Source: an uncultured Methanosarcinaceae archaeon (GTDB taxonomy: Archaea > Halobacteriota > Methanosarcinia > Methanosarcinales > Methanosarcinaceae). Taken from it: DNA of 64,000 bases. Shown here in pieces: positions 1 through 10,753 of this stretch (position 1 is its first letter; the number at the start of each line of letters is the position of its first letter). The notes beneath the pieces are model-generated. The model had not been told where the DNA came from. It did no database searches and saw only the letters and a program-made list of their open reading frames with translations. The translations under genes and the position numbers were made by a program. The DNA is taken from the NCBI GenBank assembly GCA_963733675.1, contig CAVTET010000001.1, positions 32,001-96,000 of the forward strand. Reading direction: 5' to 3'.

Positions 1-29
1 TTTCCCAAAAAAGCGTAATTCTATGCAAA

Positions 30-419
30 TTAAATTCCTCCGCTCTCCCATTTCTCAAGTTTCTGTCCCAAGCGTTCAGCCCAAGAACTAACCACATTCA
101 TTACAATATTTTTTACTTCAGCTCTTGAATTAATTTTATATCTGTAAATATATCCTCCACCATCCAAGTTTTGCTGTGACCTCTGCAAAATTTCTTTTTC
201 ATGAAGTTTCTTTACAGATCGCTGGATTGTGGAGATGTCCAGGTTGAAAGCTTTCGAAAGAGATTCGGTATCAACCCAGTGCTCATTCTCGCTCAAGAAA
301 TATTTCCTAACTGTAAGGTTAGATTTAGTAATGTTAAGGGCACATTTGATTACATCTTCAACTTTAAATTCTTTACAAGCAAAGTCAATCATAAAAGTTA
401 AGGTGAACAATACTTTCAT
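30..419 (-). CDS. Winged-HTH transcriptional regulator (TrmB/MarR-like); true start may be the internal Met of MIDFACK
   Basis: ORF with HTH motif 'LSKAFNLDISTIQRSVKKLHEKEILQR' and wing 'GGGYIYRY'. Confidence 0.75.
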   Translation of the reverse strand: MKVLFTLTFMIDFACKEFKVEDVIKCALNITKSNLTVRKYFLSENEHWVDTESLSKAFNLDISTIQRSVKKLHEKEILQRSQQNLDGGGYIYRYKINSRAEVKNIVMNVVSSWAERLGQKLEKWESGGI

Positions 420-802
420 TTTTTTGCGCCTGTTTTTCGAAGAATTTCATGTTCTTTTGGCTTAGCCCGATTGTTAATCAACACGGGATGCCTTTTTTCA
501 TGAATACGCATTCAGGGAATTCTTCAGATAAAAGTATAATTCTAGAATCAATCAAGTCTCTTAAAAGTAATGGGTCTTACACAACCGAGGACGTCTTCAC
601 CTTCCTGGACAAACAGGGCTTCGAGGTCAGGGGGGTCTCTGTAATGGTTGGGCTCATGAACACCTGCCTGGGCATCCCGTAGCATAGACGTCTCAGGCGA
701 TCATAATATATACTCCCTCAAGGACGATCACAGGAGTGTGGTAAAGTCCGTCCTGGATAACTATTAATCCGGTTTTAAGAAAACGTTAATTCTGTTTTTC
801 AA

Positions 803-2296
803 TCAATTCGGGGGCTCTCCTCTTTTCATCCTCTTCAAATACTTGTTCAATACCACTTCCGCAATAAGGGTAATCCCGTTAAGAGCTACACGGACGCCAG
901 GTCCTGTGGTCATCCTCTCACTATAAAACCGGTGCAGAGCCTTCAGATGCCGAAGGTTGTACTCCAAGCAAAGTCCCACCAGCTCCCAGTGCTCAGGAAA
1001 AGCCTGATCCTTTCCAAAGCCGGTCGTGCCGCCAAGCCTCGTTTCAGCTATGGGGCTGAAGAATAGCGGCATCATCAAGCCGGTGTAATCCTTCAGCGAC
1101 TCCACGAGTTCAATGGTCTGCAGCACGTCCTCGACAGTCTCGCCAGGGAGGCCAAGCACAAGGCTGGCGACAGGAAGCCAGGACTCTTCTCCGAAAAGCC
1201 GATAACAATCTCTGACTATCTCGGGCCAGCTCTCTGGGTTTTTCGGCAAAGTTTTTCTTGGCATATGCATTTGAAGAATTCTGCAGCTTCCGGTCTCTAT
1301 CCCTATCCAGGCAGACATGTACCTCTGATCTCTGCCAACTCCTGCGATCCTGGACACTTCCCGAAGGAGGTCCTGATTTTGATGAATCGTGGCGAGGCTG
1401 AGATGGGATACATCCACCGTCCTCGGACCCAGCCGCTTAACCCCTCTGAACAGTTTCTTGACCTTTTCTCCATCGGGCTTGGTGCCTGGTGAGCCGTAGG
1501 TGAAGATGTCTTGGGAATGAAGAACCACGTCTCTTTGACCTGCCTTTAGATTCACCGTTACGTCATCGAGGATTCTATCCAAGGGTCTGTGACGGAGAGT
1601 GTGCATGGTCGGAGAGCAGAAGGAACACCCCCGCCAACAACCCCTGCCGACTTCCACGATCCCGGCAATGGTTGGGCCCCTGTTCACAGGTATGTCCCCT
1701 CCTGCCACAGCCGTTCCTCGAATTACCTTTGGAACCTCATCGCCGTTAATAATAGATCGGCAGATTCTAGGAAAATCGTCCTCTCCCTCGCCCAGGTAAA
1801 TATGGTCCACTGGGACATCCTCGCCCACCAGCTCCCAGGCTCCCATACCGCCGACTACCAGCCTTGGCATATGCTCTTTGATCAGTGGATGGTTTATCAG
1901 GGCCAGGAACTTGGACCTGTTATGAGGCTCACCCCGCCCGATCATCTCCTCGATCTCGCGTAAGGCGATTTTTCCGAGGGGATCATCGTGGGTTATTCCC
2001 ACGATCTCAGTTTCTGGGCCGATGGCCTTATCAAGGTGATCTGGATGGGCCACCATCACCTCGGACCGATCAAAACCGGCCTCTAAGAGGGCTGCCTCCA
2101 CTTTTCTCATGCCGCAGGGCGCGAGCAGGGCTGAGCCGTCCGAGGCTGCAGCCACGGGAGGGCAGAAGAGCAGCCGGAAGGCTAAATCTGGCATCACAGA
2201 CTTTGGCAGCGTCGCTGCAAACCCAAGAATCGCTCCCCCGTGATATGTGCTCATCATGGTGAGATCGCTTGTCAGAACGATTTTTTTGCCCTGTAT
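803..2296 (-). CDS. Radical SAM protein with B12-binding-like N-terminal domain
   Basis: CxxxCxxC 'GRGCWRGCSFC', 'GIETGS', 'LGLPGET'. Frame extends upstream of 2257 (QGKKIVLTSDLT) to an ATA codon at 2296, preceded by RBS-like AAGGTGG. Confidence 0.8.
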   Translation of the reverse strand: MQGKKIVLTSDLTMMSTYHGGAILGFAATLPKSVMPDLAFRLLFCPPVAAASDGSALLAPCGMRKVEAALLEAGFDRSEVMVAHPDHLDKAIGPETEIVGITHDDPLGKIALREIEEMIGRGEPHNRSKFLALINHPLIKEHMPRLVVGGMGAWELVGEDVPVDHIYLGEGEDDFPRICRSIINGDEVPKVIRGTAVAGGDIPVNRGPTIAGIVEVGRGCWRGCSFCSPTMHTLRHRPLDRILDDVTVNLKAGQRDVVLHSQDIFTYGSPGTKPDGEKVKKLFRGVKRLGPRTVDVSHLSLATIHQNQDLLREVSRIAGVGRDQRYMSAWIGIETGSCRILQMHMPRKTLPKNPESWPEIVRDCYRLFGEESWLPVASLVLGLPGETVEDVLQTIELVESLKDYTGLMMPLFFSPIAETRLGGTTGFGKDQAFPEHWELVGLCLEYNLRHLKALHRFYSERMTTGPGVRVALNGITLIAEVVLNKYLKRMKRGEPPN

Positions 2297-2940
2297 TCTA
2301 AAGCCACCTTTTTTATGTTTCTATTTCATGAAATCACTGATTGCTTTATAAAAACCATCATCTCAAAGATTAATATACGCATACCTCTCCGAGTGATCAT
2401 TTAAAAGTGGGGAAAATTAATAAATGCAACTTTCTGAATTATATACACTTATGACCATGTTTCTGTATTTAGAATTTATGATTTTTGGTAACAATTCAGC
2501 GTACAGCTAAAAAAAGTAATCAGTCAGGTATTGGCGGCTCTCCTTTAAGCGCCGCATAAAGCGAATCTATTACTGACATTGCTTTTTTCATTATTGTGGA
2601 AATGTACCCTCTATTTCTACAGAAAGCATCCACTCCTTGTGGTGTTCTAAAAGTTACTGAGATCTTTTGTTGAACCCTTACCATCCTCAGATTTCTTTCC
2701 GCTTTTCATCTGCTAACTTTTCCATTTTCCGAGTAAGAACTTCAAGATCATCTTTTTCAACAAAGGCAGTTACATTGTCGTCTAATCCTTTAGCTTCCTA
2801 GACAGTGCATGAACCAGAAAGATACTCTTTGCAAGTGTATCAAAGATCATCGGATTCAGTATCATATCCAGATAATTGGATTTTTTGAGGCTTAAACATC
2901 TCACAGGTTTTTGGAAGGACTGTATATCTTTCTGTTTTCT

Positions 2941-4185
2941 TTAAAAGGTAAAAGACTCTCCGTTTGAAGGTGCATAAGAATCCACGCCGATTTCCTCCAA
3001 AATCCACTGCGAGAAAACTTCAGTTTTGTCCCCATGCATTACAAAGACTCTGATTGTGTCTTTTTTGCAGAAATCTTTTACAAGCTTTTTGAGCTCACTG
3101 TCCCCACTGTGAGCGGAAAAGTCGTACTGCTCTATTTTGGGCTTGAGTGTAAGGACATCTCCTTTTGTTTCAATAATCCTATGCTCAAGAGCCAGCCGAC
3201 CATTTGTGCCTTCAACCTGGTAGCCGGTAAGTAGGATCTTTGATTTGGGATCTTTATACAGTCTGCTTAGATAATAAAGAGCTGGTCCTCCGTCCAGCAT
3301 TCCAGCTGTAGTGACAACAACTGAAGGTTCTTTAAGGACTAAATCCCTCTGCTGAACTTTCACGGAAATCGCATGTTTGAAAGCCCTGTCAAGAAGCTCG
3401 GGATTTCTCAGATATTCAGGGTATTTTTTAAGTATTTTGTAGACGTCCAGGCCCATCCCGTCCACATAAGCCGTGATTCCGTGTGCGTCAAGGAGCATCA
3501 GGACTTCCTGAGTCCGACCTATTGCAAAGGCAGGGATAAGGGCAGTGCCTCCTTTTTCCAGAGTATCTTGGACTGATTCGATAAACTTTTCTTCAGTTTC
3601 CTTTCGTGGAATATGGTCTTCCTCGAAATACGTGCTCTCGAGCACAAGCGTATCTGCTTCAGGAAATTCGGCTGCACCAGGTACAAGCCTTGTTTCTTTC
3701 AGGTTGAAATCTCCTGTATAAAACAGACTTTCTCCGTGTTCTGATTCCAGGTGGATTCCAGAAGCACCAGGGATATGACCTGCGTTGTAAAAGCAAACAC
3801 TGTATTCTTTTATTTTTAATGTATCTCCATAATCAATCTTTCGTGTCCTGCGGCCAAGTTGAAGGAGATCTTCAGGATCAAAAGGAGATACACCCGAAAG
3901 TGTAGTCTTTGCGAGTTTGAGGGTATCTCTTCCTAAAAGGTTGGTAAACTCTGCAGTCGGTGGGGTCATGTAGACCTCAGGATTCTGGTACATCAAGTTA
4001 GGCACTGCCCCACAGTGGTCAAGGTGTCCATGTGAAACAAGAACCGTCTTCGGTTCCATGTCGTTGAGAGGATATTTGGGTATGTTTCCTACTTTTATTC
4101 CGTAATCAAGCAGTATTTCCCCATTTACGAGTAAACCAGAACGTCCAACTTCCTTACATCCACCTTTAAAGGCCAGATCCAGAAT
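2941..4185 (-). CDS. MBL-fold beta-CASP ribonuclease (aCPSF2-like)
   Basis: Motifs 'SHGHLDH', 'NAGHIPG', 'YTGD', 'LESTY', 'FSAH', 'MHG'. Frame extends upstream of 4059 through 'FKGGCKEVGRS..LLDYG' to ATT/CTG after AAGGAG. Confidence 0.85.
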   Translation of the reverse strand: MLDLAFKGGCKEVGRSGLLVNGEILLDYGIKVGNIPKYPLNDMEPKTVLVSHGHLDHCGAVPNLMYQNPEVYMTPPTAEFTNLLGRDTLKLAKTTLSGVSPFDPEDLLQLGRRTRKIDYGDTLKIKEYSVCFYNAGHIPGASGIHLESEHGESLFYTGDFNLKETRLVPGAAEFPEADTLVLESTYFEEDHIPRKETEEKFIESVQDTLEKGGTALIPAFAIGRTQEVLMLLDAHGITAYVDGMGLDVYKILKKYPEYLRNPELLDRAFKHAISVKVQQRDLVLKEPSVVVTTAGMLDGGPALYYLSRLYKDPKSKILLTGYQVEGTNGRLALEHRIIETKGDVLTLKPKIEQYDFSAHSGDSELKKLVKDFCKKDTIRVFVMHGDKTEVFSQWILEEIGVDSYAPSNGESFTF

Positions 4186-4223
4186 AAAAACTCCTTAACT
4201 TTATATTATAAAACCAATATTCA

Positions 4224-4344
4224 ACAGATGTACAGAAATGTAAAATCTGTTTCCTATTTACCTACTAGTAGTCATTGGGAGTTAGATTGATTTTTAAGCT
4301 ACTTTCATGTTGAGAAACTAGATGGTATTTTTGTGTACATCTGC
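4224..4344 (+). repeat. Family A ~120 bp dispersed repeat (MITE-like), copy 1
   Basis: Ends CAGATGTACA...TGTGTACATCTG; internal core similar to the copies at 15157, 33339, 50146 and 62138. Confidence 0.75.
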
Positions 4345-5137
4345 TGAGGATGTGACTTTAAGCTGCCTTATACTATAGAGTTGGACTTATGCCATGCAAA
4401 TAATTGTGCCTATAAATAAGATATCACATGATTTTTTTGCATTAAATATCGCAAAAATTTTCTTTGAGACAATGGTATCATTAACTATTTGAAATATATA
4501 TTCTTTTGAATTGGTAAAAGACACTGTTTTGAGTTGATGTAATCTGTGATGATGGCGATCAAGTTTATCTTTTCGTTGGAGTTGAAATAAAATATTATCC
4601 TTCAAGAATGGTGTAGGTTATAAACGAAACCAGGAAGAAAAAGAAACATATAAGCAAATGAAAATACTTTTTTTAAATAATTTCTTAATATCAGAGAGTG
4701 ACGTGAACATACTCATTTATTTTCAGAAAGTTGTGAGATCACAAGTATAATATAACTGTATGGTATGATCATTTTTTTGCTTTCTTTCGGTCAGTAATCA
4801 AAAGCATCTATTGCATCAAAATAGATATCATCTCACTTATTTTTGGTAGGCTTAATCGTTACCAAAAGCTAAACAATTATTCAAGCAGGATAGGATTAAA
4901 ATAATCTTAAATTATAAAAACAAAGAATGAATATTAAATAATAGATCCAGTAATATGAATCTTGGACAGGAAAATTAAAGAGATATTGAAGTTAATGTAG
5001 ACAGAAGATTATTTCAATGAACCTACGATTTCAGCAGATTGTGTATATAGGCTTTAAATATACCCAGCCCAAAACTTGGGTTTATCTAAATCCTCCGACG
5101 ATTAAGAATATCTTGGGATTAATAATTTGACACAGGA

Positions 5138-6070
5138 GTGCAGTTAATGGTTAAAATTTCAGTGATTGGTGCAGGAAACGTAGGAGCAACTACGGTCCAG
5201 CGACTAGCTGAGCTTGAACTTGGTGAAATTGTCATGATGGATGTTGTAGATGGATTGCCACAGGGAAAAGCTCTTGACCTAATGCAAGCAGGGGCGATAA
5301 AAGATTATGATACCCAAATATTGGGAAGTAATGATTACTCAAACATTGAAAACTCTGATCTTGTAATAGTTACAGCCGGAATTGCCAGAAAGCCTGGAAT
5401 GAGTCGAGATGATTTGATTAAAACAAACTCCAAGATAGTTGCGGAGATATCTAAAAATATTGCTAAGTATGCTCCCAAATCTATAGTAATAAATGTTACA
5501 AATCCACTTGATATTATGACCTATGTAGCAATGAAATCAACAGGATTTGAGGCAACAAAAGTATTCGGAATGAGTGGGGTTCTGGATGCTGGACGTTTTG
5601 CAAGTTTTATTGCAGAAGAACTTGAGTGTTCGAAAAAGGACGTACATGCAATGGTTATAGGGGGTCACGGTGATCTTATGATACCTCTTCCAAAATATTC
5701 TGCTGTATCGGGAATTCCACTCATAGACCTACTCCCAGGTGATAAGATTTCCAGGCTGGTAGAGAGAACAGTAGATGGTGGAGCCGAAATTGTGGAACTC
5801 CTCAGACAGGGAAGTGCTTTTTATGCCCCCTCTTCAGCTATCGTGTCTATGACTGAATCTGTTATTAAAGACTCAAAGAGAGTGCTTCCAGCGTGTGCTT
5901 ATCTGGAAGGGCAATATGGCCAGGAGGGGATTTACTTTGGAGTACCCGTTAAGCTTGGAGCTTCTGGGGTCGAAGAAATTTTTGAACTCAAACTAGATCA
6001 AGGCCAATATGAAATTCTCAGAAAATCATCAGAAGCTATTCGAAAGATAATTTCACAGATGGAAGCATAA
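5138..6070 (+). CDS. mdh: Malate dehydrogenase (LDH-like)
   Basis: 'GAGNVG', 'TAGIARKPGMSRDDL', 'VTNPLD', 'GGHGD'. Confidence 0.95.
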   Translation: MQLMVKISVIGAGNVGATTVQRLAELELGEIVMMDVVDGLPQGKALDLMQAGAIKDYDTQILGSNDYSNIENSDLVIVTAGIARKPGMSRDDLIKTNSKIVAEISKNIAKYAPKSIVINVTNPLDIMTYVAMKSTGFEATKVFGMSGVLDAGRFASFIAEELECSKKDVHAMVIGGHGDLMIPLPKYSAVSGIPLIDLLPGDKISRLVERTVDGGAEIVELLRQGSAFYAPSSAIVSMTESVIKDSKRVLPACAYLEGQYGQEGIYFGVPVKLGASGVEEIFELKLDQGQYEILRKSSEAIRKIISQMEA

Positions 6071-6777
6071 TAGATTTACTTGATGCAAAGAAAACATGGG
6101 AGATTGAAAAGAAAAATTATGCACCTTCAGTCCATCAGAAATCAATTGGCGGATGTCTATTTTGATGTAATATGATACTTTGATTACTAAATGATTGACA
6201 GCTTAAAAACATTATCCATTACCCACAGTTACCGAAAATAAGCCAACCGAAATTTGTTCAATCAATCTTAGTAAAGCTAATTGTTGGTATTGTTCTGCCT
6301 AGGATGAATCTTCACTAAAAGTTAATACCTAATTGCATGCGCCCACTCACCTAAAAGGATGTTAGATGCTTCAGGATGCCAGATCAGTTCGTCAAAATTC
6401 AGAAATTCTAGATTTTTGTTTTAACAGTTTTTTTAATTTAGGGAATTTTAACTCGGCTTTCAGCTTCCTATCAGATTCCTGAATATGGTGTTTTATTGTT
6501 TAAGCTGCCATGTTTCCAATCGATAGATAAAGCTTGCCACTTGGCCATAGTCTCTCATCAAAATATTGTTATTTTAATTCAGGACTAAGCTTGAGAAATC
6601 TGTAAGACCTACCTCCTTTCAGGTGTCTAACAATCTCCAATTATAGAGTTACTTGGATGGAATTTCAGGAATAATTGAACTTGATCTTCTACTACTTCCA
6701 TAACATGAATTTTATAGCCTTGCTCGGTGCAAATAGTGGTAAATATAGATACTAAATCCTTTTTAATTCACTTATTG

Positions 6778-6870
6778 TAGAAGATTTCGATAGACCTCTG
6801 ATTTTCACGAATAATTTATATCTTATTTATAAACATATGACCAAATTTAAGAATTTATCGAGATTCTCTA
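6778..6870 (+). repeat. Family B ~90 bp dispersed repeat with imperfect terminal inverted repeats
   Basis: TAGAAGATTTCGATAGAC...AATTTATCGAGATTCTCTA; interior similar to 32111-32202. Confidence 0.7.
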
Positions 6871-7101
6871 ATGTTATAATATTTAAACTCTCCAATGCTC
6901 AAATGCTTAGATGTTTATCTAAATTCTCTTAATTTAGTTTAGTCATGGCTCTCTAATTAGGATGTATCTAGCTAGAATATACTTATATAAATAAGATTTT
7001 AATAACAAGAGAACTTTTAATACAGCATTGTGATCATATCAGGTTGATTATTTTTAAATTATTTCTTTTCAGGTTAACAAGTCAAAGGTAGTGTTATATA
7101 C

Positions 7102-7428
7102 ATGAGAGAATCAGTCAGAAAACTTGGGCTCATAGGAGTTGGCCTCTGGGCAATGACCGAAGAAAAAATAGATGAAATGGTAAAGGATCTGGTAGATAAA
7201 GGAACCATCAGTAGGGAAGAGGGCAAAAAAGTTATTCAGGATGTGCTTGAAGAAAGCAAAAAACAGAAGGTTGATCTTGAAAGAAAAATTTCTGACAAAA
7301 TTCAGGACGCGATCTCAAAGAAAGACATGTTTACTAGAAGAGATATGCATGAACTTCAATCAAGAATAAAAATACTTGAAGACGAGATTCAGAGAATGAA
7401 AAATAAAGAAAAGATATTTTTTAAATGA
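7102..7428 (+). CDS. Phasin-family (PHA granule-associated-like) small coiled-coil protein
   Basis: 'KLGLIGVGLWAMTEEKIDEMVKDLVDKGTISREEGKK' matches the recalled phasin-like pattern. Confidence 0.7.
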   Translation: MRESVRKLGLIGVGLWAMTEEKIDEMVKDLVDKGTISREEGKKVIQDVLEESKKQKVDLERKISDKIQDAISKKDMFTRRDMHELQSRIKILEDEIQRMKNKEKIFFK

Positions 7429-7489
7429 AAATAATCTAGTTTATCGAGTTTCCACTTCCTTTACATTTCACATTTCGTCAAGTACTATA

Positions 7490-7543
7490 ATTTCATTAAG
7501 GTTTGCAGCTTCAAGTATTTCATTAAGGTTTGCAGCTTCAAGT
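7490..7543. repeat. Perfect 27 bp tandem duplication (intergenic)
   Basis: ATTTCATTAAGGTTTGCAGCTTCAAGT x2. Confidence 0.9.
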
Positions 7544-8457
7544 AGATTCTGTAGATATCTCATATCAGAATCAAGCTCCTAAATTTCTCTTGCGTGAGGC
7601 GCACTTCCAAATATTCAGATAATGAATCAATCAATTCTATGGTATCATTTGAGCCTTCATTAATTTTTTTCCTTTAGACGTATAATTCTTGATAACCCCT
7701 GATCTTGCAAATCAGATGATTGAAACTAATCGTGTTAGCAAGTGAGTAAATTTGATCATCTTCTACGATCATAAATTTAATTATTTTTAGTGAAATTTCC
7801 AGTTTTAGATCATTTACTGCAGTTTGCTAATCCTTCCTAAGAGACATTGTCTCAGTTTATGAAGTTCCACTTGTAATATCATGAACTATTCTTTGTACTA
7901 TTCCAGTACTTCACAAAATGGCTCAGATAAATTCTAACCTGTGCCATTCTTCCATTTTGGTACAGAAAACTGGGTTAATTTCCCATTTTTGCTTTGAACT
8001 TTTTCCTTTTTTCACATTTTATTGACACAATTATCTACTCTCTCAATATATTCTTCCTTATTTATTATAGCATTAGATGCGTAAAAGATGATATTGAAAC
8101 GAAAATAGTATATCTAGTAAAAAGGACACCCTACATATGGAAATCTAAAATATGATAGGTCATATGATCTTACTCTATAGCGTGTAAACCATACTTTTAT
8201 TTAAATTTCTTTTTTACTTTTTAATCCAAACTGCACACTGCATTTGCTCAGCATTCCACAGCACTTTTGAGTTTTTCTATTCGTCTATTTTTTGATAGTG
8301 CCCCATGTACCATTTATGGATTAAATTCTGAGAATATGCAATCATAAGAGACTAAATCAAGTATTGACTTTGCAAAAACTGAGAAGAAATGTAATATATT
8401 TATATAAATATTATTTTCTTTATATATTAAAAACAAAATTTGAAATGAATCAATTAA

Positions 8458-8850
8458 ATGAATCAAAAGAAATCAATAAATAGAGGGTTGATTTACATAG
8501 TTTTTTGTTTGCTAGGATTTAATCTAGTAGGGATAGCAACTGCCGACGATAGCGGGGTTTATTATTGGGATTGGACATGGCATTCTACAGATCACATTGG
8601 GACTATTTACAAAGCTTCCGCTGGATATACCTATATGATTGTGGATTTATATCTGAAAAATGATGCAGATACTTCAATATCGACACTCCCTATTTTGTGG
8701 AAGTTGACCATTGATAAAATTCAGTACGATTATGATGGAACAATCTCTGATCCTTCTATATACTACAGCCGTGGATGTAATTAAAGGAGGAGAACTCGAG
8801 ACAAAAATAGTATATAAAGTTAAAGGGAATCCTACAAGTTATAGTTTACT
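8458..8850 (+). pseudogene. Secreted DUF4352-like protein, apparently frameshifted or truncated
   Basis: Signal peptide plus 'YMIVDLYLKND' in one frame. The expected continuation 'VDVIKGGELETKIVYKV' lies in another frame after ~8765. Confidence 0.55.
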
Positions 8851-9337
8851 TGCACTCAGCCCATGGCTTATACTTTTCCTTCACAACCATTACAGGAACT
8901 TTTGAGTGATGGAGGAGATTTTCTGTTACGCTACCTAGAAGAAATCTATCTATTCCTGACTTTCCGAGAGTACCCATAATAACAATATCCATTTTATTCT
9001 CTTCAGCGTACCTGATCAGCTCTTCTGATGGATTTCCTTCAAGCAGGACAGATTCTACATTAACTCCTTTAATCTTTCCTAAATCTTTTACATGATTTAC
9101 AGCTTGCTGCCCATGTTTTTGAAAAGCCTCCTGTATCGACTCCCAATAAGGATTCATACCAACAGAAGGATAGGCACTTCCATCCATAGCAGATAAGTAA
9201 GCTTTTGACAATACATGAACTGCATAAACCGTTCCTCCACTCAATCTAGCAAACGCTATACCTTTGTCGGCAGCCAACTCGGAGCAGGCTGAACCGTCGG
9301 TAGCAATCATTATTTTCTTAAAACTAACAATTCCCAT
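8846..9337 (-). CDS. Universal stress protein
   Basis: 'IMIATDGS', 'IVIMGTLGKSGIDRFLLGSV'. Confidence 0.92.
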   Translation of the reverse strand: MGIVSFKKIMIATDGSACSELAADKGIAFARLSGGTVYAVHVLSKAYLSAMDGSAYPSVGMNPYWESIQEAFQKHGQQAVNHVKDLGKIKGVNVESVLLEGNPSEELIRYAEENKMDIVIMGTLGKSGIDRFLLGSVTENLLHHSKVPVMVVKEKYKPWAECK

Positions 9338-9579
9338 GTGAAACCCTCAATTACATTATAAATGAAAGAAATATAATAGCATTGCATTCGTGAAGTAACA
9401 AAGCCATGGAACTTTTTGATTTGATAACTTTTTGAGATTTATAATTTTGCAGAAAATTTGCGAGAAGGCCATTAAATCGATTAAGGATTTTGATGATGGA
9501 CTTTTTCATGGTTGTCAGCTTCCTAAACCAGCCTATTTTGATCAATAGAAGGGTAAAAATCTATACATATTTCTTTTCC

Positions 9580-10071
9580 CTATTCGACCGTTTCTCCCCT
9601 TACAACGAGGACTGCTTTTTTTGAGTGTCTAACCACATTTTCGGCTACACTCCCGAGTAGGAACCTCTTTATCCCAGTTTTTCCAAGTGTACCCATAACG
9701 ATAAGATCAATGTCGTTTTTTTCTGCAAAGTTGACAATCTCATCAGCAGGGTTTCCTTCAAGAATTACGGGTTCGACTGCAACATTTGCAATTTTTCCGG
9801 AATTCTCTACATAAGCCGTAGCTTCCTTACCTTGTGTTGTAAGATGCTCTTTAATTTCCTTTTTCCATTCTGCAGCTCTGGGCTCATTTTGAGTTATCGA
9901 AGCTCTGGGCTCATTTTGAGTTATCGAAAAATCCCCCGGAGCAATTACATGTACAACATATAGCTTTGCATCATTTAGCTTTGTAATTTCAATTGCTGAA
10001 TCAACTGCTTTTCTTGTTAGTTCTGAACCATCAGTTGCAACCATTATCTTCCTGAAAATACTACTATTCAT
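9580..10071 (-). CDS. Universal stress protein with a 9-aa internal duplication
   Basis: 'IMVATDGS', 'LIVMGTLGKTGIKRFLLGSVAENVVR'; SITQNEPRA x2. Confidence 0.92.
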   Translation of the reverse strand: MNSSIFRKIMVATDGSELTRKAVDSAIEITKLNDAKLYVVHVIAPGDFSITQNEPRASITQNEPRAAEWKKEIKEHLTTQGKEATAYVENSGKIANVAVEPVILEGNPADEIVNFAEKNDIDLIVMGTLGKTGIKRFLLGSVAENVVRHSKKAVLVVRGETVE

Positions 10072-10182
10072 ACCTAACTCCTCTTTTTTCCTTTCCGTTT
10101 TTCCATATTATTTATGGGATAATCCTCCTTATATATAAGTTGGTCTTTATAAACATCTAAATTGATTTTGTTCCTAAATAAT

Positions 10183-10250
10183 AGAGAATTCCGATTTATC
10201 TCTAATTTTTTTCTTCGCTAGAATCTTGTCCGAATCTTTCTCGCTAATTT
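10183..10250 (+). repeat. Family C ~65 bp repeat (probable IS-end relic)
   Basis: AGAGAATTCCGATTTATCTCT...CTTGTCCGAATCTTTCTCGCTAATTT; reverse-complement matches at 18471-18534 and 52181-52243, partial match at 22737. Confidence 0.65.
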
Positions 10251-10409
10251 ATGTATTTGACCAAATTTTTATCTTCCTTCAATTTAAGCCTTTATTCCAT
10301 GCAGAGCTTTAAGTTGAAAGCTCTGCATCTTCCCTCCTCTTATGAAGGTCAGCCACCGGTCGAAAAGGTATTTTTCTAGCCATGTACCTTCTTCATCATG
10401 GTTTATGAT

Positions 10410-10753
10410 TGTATTTCATGCTCTGTAGTTGCAACGGCATATACTTCATTTACCACTGATGTTGTGGTCAGTCACACTTCAACGATCCGACCGTCCTTGG
10501 CACAAGTCGCTTAGTGCGGTAAGGTTCCAGGCCTCAGCGTGAATAAGCTTCTTTAGTTTGGCCAACTCTTACTATCTATGGCACTCAGGGACTAGGTTGC
10601 TAATGTTCATTTTCAGTGCCTCAGCTTCACTCCAGCCGTATATACGCTCAGCCATCGGATTTCAGGCAATGATTTGGCCCTCCAAATTCTCAAAGTAATA
10701 GCTTCACTAGAGTCGTTACCAATATAGTCAGGCGGCGTAGAGACTCAAAATTC
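10410..10753 (-). pseudogene. Degraded PAS-domain fragment abutting IS6
   Basis: Minus strand, broken frames read DSSEAIT..LEGQIIA*NPMAERIYGWSEAEALKMNI and TKDGRIVEV*LT. Confidence 0.65.

Noticed and set aside
449-682. 77-aa ORF as a real gene
   Set aside because: It spans the AT/GC composition boundary and looks chimeric; at best a gene remnant
2580-2940. Possible glycosyltransferase remnant on the minus strand
   Set aside because: Only weak resemblance in broken frames; not supportable without a search
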